Positions 1 through 10,900 of a DNA stretch of 64,000 nt are shown here, piece by piece. Made by a program: the position numbers and the translations under genes. Within the stretch, counting starts at the first letter, position 1; every line of letters begins with the position of its first letter. Where the stretch lies: assembly GCA_965153285.1 (NCBI GenBank), contig OZ229115.1. One strand, given 5' to 3'. Under the pieces are notes generated by a model. That model ran no database searches and had not been told where the DNA came from. It worked only from the letters and a program-made list of their open reading frames with translations. This stretch comes from Podarcis tiliguerta (taxonomy: Eukaryota).

Positions 1-555
1 ACTGCTTTTGTATGCTCAGCCTCCACACTTAGCCCCTTGCTCTCCTCCCTGGCTCTGTTTACTCACAGAGCCACATGCAGCCAAAAGGAATGAATGGAGG
101 GTTGAGGAGGGGGAAGGGTGCCAGGATGATTCACTGGTTGAGCCAGCCTACTTGGGCGCTCCTTTGTGTGAGGGAGCTGCACACCTAATCACAAAGGAAT
201 GCCTTTGTTAGGCTAGGCTTACTTGCTTGGGGAAATCGTTGGCAACCTAGCAACACACAGCTCAGGGTCAGGGTGACTTCACACATGGCAGATTCCTTCA
301 CCAGGTATTCCATGTGCAAATCCCGCATGTTGCTTGTCACACGCAGGTCTGTTTACAGCAGCACACACACATGCAGGAAGAGCTCCCAGCTGCTTGGTGC
401 CTATGACCTGCCTCTGTGTGTGAACGCATGCAGAGGATAAAAGTTTAGGGTCCCAGGATCCAGTTCTGCATGTCATATATACAGCTGTACTGTGTGTGAG
501 TCTGAAGGAATCAAAAGGTCTTTGCTTTCCTAAACTCTCCCCCTCACAATCCATA

Positions 556-1108
556 AAGAATCTTGTGTTACCTTAAAGACTGACAGATTTATTAAGGCAT
601 ACACTTTCATGGGAACTTCATCAGATGCAGGATGTATTACTCTGAATTGGCATGCATGGTTGCGGGTAAGGTGGTTGAGAATGCAGACAGTAAAGTCAGA
701 AGGCAATGAAATACAAAAAGTACCGAGGCAGTGATCATTACATGATTAACAGTGGCCATTGACAATGCACTTGATGTTAGCACAGACACCCTACCACTGG
801 CAAGTCAATAGTGTGATAAAAATCCATTGTCCTGATTCAGTCCATGACTGCTAACATTGAACTTCTTGATGAACTGTAATCCAGCAGTTTCACATTGCAG
901 TCTCCCTCTGAAGTTCCTTTGTTCAAATATAGACACACTAAGGTCAATTGAAAAGTGTCCTGGGTTGTTGAAAACTTCCCCCACTAATTTTTTTTTTGTT
1001 TTTTTGCAGTTTCTGGTGTTAGATTTGTATCCATTAATTTTAGAGAGATTGGACTGTTAGTCCTGTGTAGAATGCAGAAGGCCATCACAGGCTAGATGAT
1101 GGCATATG
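556..1108 (-). mobile_element. Penelope-like retroelement 3' fragment (decayed GIY-YIG endonuclease plus terminal repeat)
   Basis: The minus strand reads YAII..PSAFYTGLTVQSL (frameshifted) and VGEVFNNPGHFSIDLSVSIFEQRNFRGRLQCETAGLQFIKKFNVSSHGLNQDNGFLSHY*. This is followed by CTGATGA..GAAA and aataaa..gtctttaagg. Confidence 0.8.
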
Positions 1109-1807
1109 CCAGGGGTGGAAGGACATCTGGCCTGTGTGCTAAACTTGGCTTGCTGGGGGTTCAGAGTTGACCCACAAGGCCCTTTACCCCAAACCACACC
1201 ATATGTAGGTTCAGGGGTAGGGCAGATAGAGACGTGGCTGCCAGCACACACTTGGGAACCTTGATTGTTCATTCACATGAGAAAACAGGCCTTGCTTAGC
1301 TCTACTGCCCATCCGCTGATGTGTGGTAGAGCTGAAGCCTTCTGGATTGGGTGTGTGTGGTGGCACCTGATGTCATTGTGGTGTCAGGTGAATGACAGAT
1401 AGGCAACCCCACCCACTTGCCAAATTCAGCCTGCAAGGCTAGATCCCGATAAGGAACTGGCCTGCCGAGCCAAAAACATATCCTCCAAAATGTTGGGTAT
1501 CAAAACTGGGATGTGCATCTTCCCATCTGTGCATGAGATCACAGAGCCTAAAAGTTGTGCTGGGGGGTGGGGCTGTGCACTGGGAAAAAAATATGTTTGT
1601 GCTGCTGTACTTCTGTGGGGGGAAACTGGATGTCTGGTTTTTCTGGGACACCATGCAAAAAGGTTCTCCACCCATGGCCTATAGATTCTGCCCACACAGG
1701 AATTATATTTGTTGCCTTCCCATCAATCACCTGAGTTCTGTCTACTGCCGTGTCTTGAGATGCTGGATCCTGGGTACAGGGGCTCACCATTCTCTTCTGT
1801 TTGGCAG

Positions 1808-1923
1808 GTTTGCCACTAAGGAACGGGATGGGCTGCTCCTCTACAACGGGCGCTTCAATGAGCGACATGATTTCGTCGCCCTGGAGATTGTACAGGAGCA
1901 AGTTCAGCTGACTTTCTCAGCAG
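1808..1923 (+). CDS. CELSR2: CELSR2 exon (LamG1)
   Basis: ag|G..G|gtacgg; [38 protein letters not shown]; 116 nt. Confidence 0.95.
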
Positions 1924-4900
1924 GTACGGTTTCCTTCCAACCCCCTTGGCTTTTCCACTTCTGCTCATCCCACCTTACGTCCCAGCAGTGTTGAAATTCC
2001 TTGTTTTCCTAACCCATCAGCCTCTGCCTCTTACCCCATTATCTCCCAGCCTTCCTATCTCTTCCCCACCTCTGCTGCAGGATTTTATCTGCCCCAGTGC
2101 TGCCACTGTTAGCTTAGGTGCTCCTCCTTCAGAGCCCTTATGGGAAATGGTGGCAAGGAGAGGCATTCTCTTCTCAAGAGTCTTTCCTCCCTCTCTGAGT
2201 TGTGTTTCATCTCTCCCTTAGGAGAGTCAACAAGCACAGTAGCCCCGTTCATCCCTGGGGGCGTGAGCGATGGGCAGTGGCACACCGTCCACCTGCACTA
2301 CTACAACAAGGTAAGTCTCACATGATAGCTCAGTCGGTAGAGCATGAGACTCTTCATCTCAGGGTTGTGGGTTCAAGTGCCACATTGGGCAAAAGATTCC
2401 TGCATTTGCGAGGGGGTTGAACTAGAGGACCCTCGTAGTTCCTTGCCACTCTACAATTCTATGATTCGAAAACTCTTTCATCCTGAACAGGCCTGCTGGT
2501 GCTGTGCCCAGCTCATCTCCCCCCTCACTTTTAATTCAGGGTCATCTGCATACATGGCACTTTACAGAAAAGAGGGTTGACAGGTCCCTGCCCCAAGGCA
2601 CTTACAACTAAACATGGGTGCACTGGAGGAAGCATGTGGCAGGCAGGCAGTGGAATCATGAGCAGGCAGAGAGGAATATGTGATTATTTCAAGCTCATGT
2701 ACTTTGACTATTACAATAAGGTGCAGGGACCAGGCCAAGAATGGGGAGCCTTGGGCCCTCCAGATGTTGCCAAACTGCAATGCTCATCAGCCCTAGCAAG
2801 CGTAGCCAATGGCCAGGAATGATGGGAGCTACATCTGGAGGGCCAAAGGGTCTCCATGCCTGGACTAGGGAAATGATCCAACGGCTTCCCGAAAAACGGT
2901 GAGGTTTGAGGAGGGAGATGGTTTCATGGAGGCATTCCAAGAAGGAGTTCCAGGGACAACAAGGGGAAATGGACAGAGTCATTTTAAGGTTCAGGGACCT
3001 TTGGATGGTGAGGGTGGTGGAGCTGAAGGGATGTGCTGGGAAATAAGCACAGAGAGAGGATGGAGGGGCAGCGTCTCTGGGTACCAGAAGCTTGTGAGGG
3101 ATCTGAGAGTAGGCAGGAAGCCAAGGTAGGGATTTAAAGATGGAAGTCACATGGTCAGAGCAGCAACAGAGGTGAATATTTTTGGCAGCAGAGGTCTGGA
3201 TGCATGCGAATGGGAGAATGTGAGACAATGGAACACCAGTGAGATGATTCCTAGTGTTGTGCCAAAAATGTATTCTGCTTCTTTTTACTGTTTTTCAGCA
3301 ATGAATCAGAAAATAAGTTGCATTTGAAAAGTATCACAGGGGAGGGAAAATATCAGCAAAATATGCAGGGTTGATTTTTTTTACACTTCTTGTTTTCAAG
3401 GTGGCCCGTGGATGTGTGTGAGTGTCCTTTTTTTTTCATTCTACAAATCATCTCTTTGATGGGCTGCCCTCTGCAGCCTTCTTGGGTACCTATGCTTCCT
3501 GAAACCCCCATAATATCCTCAGCTGGACTTTCTAGCAGCCACAGAAACACGGGGAAGCTGCCTGTTGATGACAGCTGTTCATCTTTTTCAAGTTTAAAGA
3601 AATTGGCATGGAAATGTTTTTAAAAGCTAACTGGAAGAACTTCCCTTAAAAACAAAACAAGCAAATATGCCAATCTCAGGCTCTTGGTGGTTAGCCTCCC
3701 CAGCTCAGGGGAAGAAGTGATATCCTTCAGGGCTTTTCCAGATCAGAAAGTGCAGGCAGCCCAAGAGGCTGGGAAATGCTGGAAAAATGTTTAATGGAGC
3801 TAAAACAGGTTTTCACTGAAGGGACAGACAGCTGGGTCTGTATTTTTGTAATATTGTATAGGGAGAAGTATGGGACGCGGGTGGCGCTGTGGGTTAAAGC
3901 CTCAGCGCCTAGGGCTTGCCGATCGAAAGGTCAGCGGTTCGAATCCCCGCGGCGGGGTGCGCTCCCGCTGTTCGGTCCCAGCGCCTGCCAACCTAGCAGT
4001 TCGAAAGCACCCCTGGGTGCAAGTAGATAAATAGGGACCGCTTACTAGCGGGAAGGTAAACGGCGTTTCCATGTGTGGCTCTGGCTCGCCAGAGCAGCGA
4101 TGTCATGCTGGCCACGTGACCCGGAAGTGTCTTCGGACAGCGCTGGCCCCCGGCCTCTTGAGTGAGATGGGCGCACAACCCTAGAGTCTGTCAAGACTGG
4201 CCCGTACGGGCAGGGGTACCTTTACCTTTTATAGGGAGAAGTGACATGCAGTGGAGGCTGGTCCATTACGTCAAGTAGGGCGCTTCAATAGTAACCTAAT
4301 TCTGGCTTCCGCCAGCCTGCTTTATATCTCACAGCCAGTCCAGAGTGTGGCACTGCCTGTCCCCTTCCTCCTCCTTAATCACACTATTGCTCTTTTAAAA
4401 CTCAGCAGCGGATAAAACCAGAATTAGCTGCCTCTGGCTCCCCCTACCGTTGGCCTCCTTGCCATCTGCCCTACCAGCCCCGACTGATGATGTGACTTAG
4501 CAATGGATTCAATTTGTCCTGAACAACAGGGCAGATGGTGACATTGTCAGCACCAGCCCATGACAGCCTGTAGAGGATTCCTGCCAGCTTTCCCCACTGG
4601 CACCCCATGTCTAGAGAGATGGGCAATTTCTGTTGTTCCCTGCAGTAAGAGACCTTCCCTGCTTTATAGGGTGAGGGTGGCTTCTGGGGCCATGAAATAT
4701 TCAAAGACCAGCAGGAGCTTTTGGTAACGGGGTTGCTGCCACCAATTCCTGGCTCCTTTGGGCTCGAGAAGATCCCCGCCATTAGCATTCATAGTGCCCT
4801 CAGCGCAGGGACTTTTGTGTGGGGTGAGGAGGAGGACGGAGGGTTGGTGGTCCCAGCATGATGAAGTCCCCAAAAGCTAGTCTCTAATGAGGAGGCTGCT

Positions 4901-7900
4901 GACAGGGGGCAGGAGGACGTGAGCAGCTGGCGCAATTGTCGCAAAGCAGCTGCTTGCTTCAGTTAATAAGCTTGGGGCAGCCCAGGGGACTGGAACGGCG
5001 CAGGGGTCAGGAGTTGCTGTCTCACCGATTTGGAGGTGGGGAACAAGGCAGTGGCCAGAAATTGCCATGCAGCCTCTCACGAGAAGCCCTTCCCTGCCGT
5101 GCCCAGTTGCTGTGCCCTTGTGTGCTTGCCTAGTCTTCCGTTCCCGGGGGGGGGGGGGATTATGGCTCATTTGGTTTCCCGTTCCATTTTCTTCCTCCCA
5201 AACTCTGAAGGAGCTTAGCCTGACAAAGAGCCCCCCGGCCTGGATCCACAGTCAGTCCTCTGAACAGCTAGCCTAGACCACCAGCAGCCCCACTTGATAT
5301 AAGGAATCACTTCATAGGCACCAATGTGCAGTACTGCTGGGTTTATCATTGTCTCCTGGGCAGAGAAACTTAACCAAAGTTGTACATAGATGGCGAACTG
5401 AGGCCCCACCTTTCTGGGACTCAAACAGGGCCCCAGTCTTCCAATCCTTCCCTGAGAACTCTGTCAGGCCAATCAGTGGGTCATCTGGCTACCACATGAT
5501 TAAAATTTTGGGTACTGTACTAGTGTCCTTCTTTGAGGTACGCAGTAATGACCACACAAGGCTGTGCTGCACAGGAACTGGATGTACACACAAGGGAATC
5601 AGATAACTAGAGCTTAACACATTTAGCACCAGCACTGTGTTACACTCAGAGGTGGGGAACCACAGGAATGAAAGCCAAATTTGGCCTGGCTCAGGTGCTT
5701 CTACTTACCACACCCACTGGCCCCACGCCTGACAACCTTGTGACAAAATGTAGAGCATGTAGAGATGCAGCTGGGTTGGCTTGTGAGGAACTTGATTATG
5801 CAGCTGATTTCCTCAGAAAGCCAGTTTGAAGTCACTTCCCAGCTGCTGAGGGATGGTGAGTTCAGGCCTGCTGGAATGGTGACACGGTTGAGTTGCCTAT
5901 CGAGAACCCTGTTGTGCAGCCAATCCCTGCAGAAATCAGCTTTACCAGCCTTGTCCTCAATGCTTTGCAGAGCACAGGACTGGCAAAGCCCCCCACACTA
6001 CAGTTCCCATGAGCTACAGTTCCCAAGCACTTGGCACCCAGGGCTTGGAAAGCACTGCGCTGGAGACTTTGACAGGTGGGCAGGACGACCCATCTGCCAA
6101 TCACTCACCGTGGGGTGAGGACAGATAAGGATCTGGCCCGCTGGGCCCAAAAGGTTCCCCACCCCTGTGTTAGACAGATGATAAATGTGAGGCTGCACAA
6201 TTAGTCTCCTGTTCCTTCAAGTTGCCAATTCCTTCCCCCCACTAATTAGAGGGAGTTAATGAGTGGGAGAGAGAGAGAGAGAGCCCTGTGCTGGGGGTGT
6301 GCATCCCTGAGCAGCCGGGCTAGAGCCCCCTGCAGGAGTCCAGGGGAGTCCAGCTGCTTGCTCCCGCTTGACAGCCCTTTAGGTGGGACAGGGTGTTGGC
6401 CCTCCCACTCCTGGGAATGTTCCTGGAGACTGGCGTCAGTACCGATGAGCTGGATTGCCTGCAGCAGCTTCACCCAGGCACTCTGCCTCTGTGCCAGCAG
6501 ACAATTCACCTCCTGCTGTCTCACGTGGCGGGGGGCCAGATTCCCGGTGCCTCCAGCCAGTGCTGCACATAGACAGCTCCTGACCCCAGAGCTCTTCATC
6601 CTGCTGCTTTCAATGGGGTAGGCGCCCCACAAGCAACCAAGGGACAAATGTGGGCATCAGGCCTCTCACATAGCTTGCACGTGCATAGAGTGCCAAGGAA
6701 GAATAAGTTAAACGCAACAGAATGGGAGGAAAGTGAGCTGAAATGCTGTGGCCGGTTTGGTGGCCTGGAGGGCAGAATCCTGAGCTGGAACTCCAGGGCA
6801 AGAAGGAAGATGTGGCACCACCATGCCACACACAGCACTGTGTTCCTCCAAGTTGCACCCACACTAGCCCTCACCTGAGTTCATTATTCCCACAGACTTT
6901 CTTTCCCTGCCGAACAGAGGCTATCCTGGTAATTAAGACTAGCTAAGTTTTACTCCAAATACACCCATTGAAGCTAATGGGCCTATTTATTTATTTAAAT
7001 TGTAGACCACCTTGCCTCTGAGGATCACAGGGCGCTTTACAATATGGTTCCGGCATGCGAGCTACAGCCCATCCACTCCTAGGTCAGGCAGGGATGGAGA
7101 GGAGGACAGGCGGAGGCAGTGTTGCTGCGCCTCTCCTCCGCTGGGCTGTGGCACACAAGGGCCTGAGTGTGCCCTTGAAGCAGTGGCTGGGCACCTCCCT
7201 GGGTTCCTCCCTGCACTGCCCATCCCCAGATGCTCCACTGCTGTTTATGCCCCTTTAGGTTCTAGGTAAGGCAAGCAGTCTCTGGGTTTCATTCCCTCTC
7301 TGTTGTTCATATTGGAGAAATGAGCGCAGCACATAAAAACCAATGTGAATCCCTGGCGAGGCATGTGAGGGCCTGCCTAGCCCCTGAGGGTGCCTTGCCT
7401 CCTCCGCTGAACTGCAGGAGCTGGGATGCCTGGGAAGTGAGGTCTTTCTTTCCACAAATGGGCTGCTTCTTCATGGAGGAAGAGCAGCGTGCTGCTTCCT
7501 CCAACTGTCCCCATTAAATGATGGTAGGGGAGCACATGGTTTGCCTGAGGCCAGCTCAGTTCCCTTGTTCCCACTTGGGGAATTTCCAGGTGTTCTAGCA
7601 CATCTCATTCCATGCAGCCAGTTGGATGGAATTGAGCACATGTACATGGCAGGTAAAAGTTGCAGAGGCCGCTGTGGTGGAAAGACACGGTGGGGTTGGG
7701 GGTGGTGAGCGGAAGCAGAACGATTCACATCCTGCCCTTCAAAAGCAGGATAGCCATGTGTAGAATAGTGGGTAGACATAGCAGACGACGCAGCGATTTC
7801 TCCAAAGCAGCTCTTTATTTGTAAGCTGGACAGAACTGAACAGCAAACAGCTCAGCTGGCCTGCTTTTATAGGCAGCCGGCTGTCAACATTGTAGCAACA

Positions 7901-10900
7901 ACAACCCAGGGTTTCCCACCTAAAGTAACTGATGTGGACCTGAGTGAAAACTACATACACGATACTCCTTTTGGCCAGGGTGAGAACTTCAATACATAAT
8001 GCCATGAGATTCACCAGGAACTGGCAAGGGGATTATTCAAGCTGGGGCTGCATTGTTGGAGTGAGAAACAGAAGGGCAGAGGCAGCCAAGCCCATTGGCT
8101 GCACTGTGGTCAGAAGTGCTGGCCAACACAGCGGCTAGTAATATTGGGCTTGAAATGGGGAAATCCAGGTCCAAATGTCCGCTCAGCTGTGAATTTCTCA
8201 ACCCAAAGGTTCATTCTCCCTCATTGATGCTAACCTGAGAGTACAGAGTTCCATGACAGGCATGTGCTTTGAGATGGGGTGTGGAGTCTCCCTGAGCAGG
8301 GCTGTGGCTAGGAGCCTGTGCAGTGTGGGATCTGTTTAGGCACTGGAAGGAGTTGCTGCAGCAGCCTGGACCGAGGGCACAGCGAAGGATGGCCCTGGTG
8401 AACAGGAGCATTTCTCTAAATTAAATGTGACTTAAATGCATTTAATGGGCATGGTGCTTTAAAATGCAAATAACCACAGCAGTAGGACTTGAATAGGATT
8501 AGGACTGTTGCAGGCAGGGAGGGAGAGTTTAGCTCTTTCTCCCCCCACTCCTGCCTTGATCCTGATGAAAATCGCCAGCTCTTCCAGTGCTGTTATTTTG
8601 CATTAGGTGGAAAACTCCACTTAGCTCTTCCCAAAGATGGAGAGCATTAATCAGGATCTAAGCATGTGGGGAAGGGTTAAGCTCCACATCGTCACCTTAT
8701 GCAAAATGCATAAGACAATGCAAAAAGCACATTTAAAGTCACATTTCATTTGGCCCTTAGCTGCCCAGTGGGAGTAGGGGAGATGAACTGATATTTGAAG
8801 CCAGTTTTTATCCCTGGCTAAAGTCCCACGCTATGCCCATTGATTCATCTTGAAGTTTGTCCTGTTTCACCCAACCCAACATGAGCTTTGTGCAGTCGTG
8901 GTTCACACAAACAAGGGCAAAACTGCCCTTCTGCAATCCTGGATCTTCGCCGTTAACTTTGTGTTGTTGAATTTTCTTGGGGTCTGAGCTGCGCTCAGGC
9001 TTCTTCCAGACTGGTGTTTCCGTGGGCTTGTTTTGTGGGTGTGGGTATACTCTGTAACATGTCATTGATGCAATAACAGTGCATTAGTGGGTGGTTTATA
9101 TTGGATCGTCCACACTTCATAAGTCATTCTACATTGCTTCTGCAATGTTGCCGCATTATTGCCAACCGGAAGGGCTCTGTTGCACTATAGCAATGAAAAT
9201 TTACAGGATTTTATGGGGCATGCCCCTATTGTGAGTGAAGCAGTATGACACCCCAAAAACTTTTGAATACTCAAGAGGTATTGAAGGCTTGATTGCATAT
9301 AACTTCCCTGGTTATATTATGGGAACAAATAACGATGAATGCTCAATAAAATGAATGCTCAATAAAAAGAAGAATAGTTTTGGAGGGATCCTAAGAGCAG
9401 CATTTCTCTGTCCTGCTTGGCTTCAAAGAAAAAAGAAAAAGGGTGTGTCTTGTGACTTCTTTGGTGGTGAGTTTACCTGAGGACATGTCACTCTGCTACG
9501 AAACTGGCTGTCTGGCTAGAAGGGGGAAGTTCATTTCCACGGCTTGTAAGTCCTTAGATTTCAGGCCATTTCTGGCAGAAACTTATTCCAGGCTTGTAAA
9601 TAACTGAGGATCAATGGGCTGGCTGCAAAATTGATGGAAAAAAGAAAAAGAAAAACGCACTTCAGAAGCCTTTCGACTTCCGAGGTGTGTTGGAAAACAA
9701 AAGCAATTACTTCTGGGTTTTCAGCATTCGGCTTCCAAATTGTCCAGCTTCCCGGACACTCAAAAACTGAGGTACCACAGTATTTTGCATGGTGCATGCA
9801 GTTTTTGTGCAAAAGAGAGACCTTAATCCTTTCTCAGGCCACCCTCGCCACTCACCCTGTACCAAGTTCCGTGCAGTAACATGAAAAGTATTCCAGCTCT
9901 GGGGAACTTTCCTGGCTGATCCTGGTGCTGAGGCAAGGGCTGTGTTTTGAGCTGTTTTCTCTCTCCCCCCCCCCCCATTTGTTTTACATGTTCTGAGAAA
10001 GGAGTGGCACAAAAGCTGAGGGAAGGCTTGGGCTGCCTGCCAGTCCCTTGGTGCTGTGCTGTGACCTGTTGCCATGGCCACACCCTCCCCTCCTTCTCCC
10101 CCAGCTGCATTTCCTTTTGTTTGGAGCTGTCATGTTTCCTTGCCACAGCCTTTGAATCGCTCTCGAGATTCTACGGTCCAGCCCCGCACGCCAAAAGAGA
10201 GAGTCACCAATGACCTGTGATTTTCTCCCGCCAGGCGTGGGGTTGGGGGGCTTAGGCTGAACGCCAGCCCAGTGGGCAAACACAAAAGAGGTCCAGGACA
10301 GAAGCTCACACTCTCTGTCACTTGCTGGCTAAAGTGACATGCAGTTATCTTCTTAGAGAGTTTCACAAAATTCACAGAGGTATATAATCACATTATTTCA
10401 AAAAGCTCCCCACAAATATAAATATTCCAACCACTGCCACCAGTGAAAAGCCAGTGGAACATAGACGTGCGTATTTAAATAAGCACTCATATACCTTTTG
10501 TGCCTGATGAAATGGAAAAGAAACAGCAGTAGGAAAATCACAAAAGGGAACAACATGTGGCCAAATGTGGGGTTAATTTTGGGATTATCCTTTAATAGGC
10601 ACCTGCACACAGATATAATCTCCAGTGGAACATATTTTTTCATCTGATTGTGCACACTCTTCACCAGTTCCCACCCCCCAAGAGAGACCCCTGTTAAGCT
10701 TTGATTGCTTTCTTGCCTGATTTTGCACATGCTTGCTTATTTCACACTAGCAGTCTCTTTCGTGATATGGCTTGGCATTTCTATGAAATGAAGAAATCAA
10801 TGCCGTTTTGAACTCTGCGGTTAAAACCAGTGCAGTTTTGAAAGGTTCAGTCTACCACTACCTTGCTTCAAAATGGTGTCCCGTTGTATCCCAAACATAG

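Noticed and set aside
2326-2391. Functional tRNA-Lys gene
   Set aside because: The 5' acceptor strand is missing, the anticodon loop and T arm are mutated, and it is fused to a CR1-type tail, so it is a SINE.
2584-2720. Duplicated or mutually exclusive CELSR2 exon ending YYNK|gt, with the same phases as exon 2222-2310
   Set aside because: Similarity is limited to four codons, the acceptor is purine-rich and the donor (gtgcag) is weak; probably chance.
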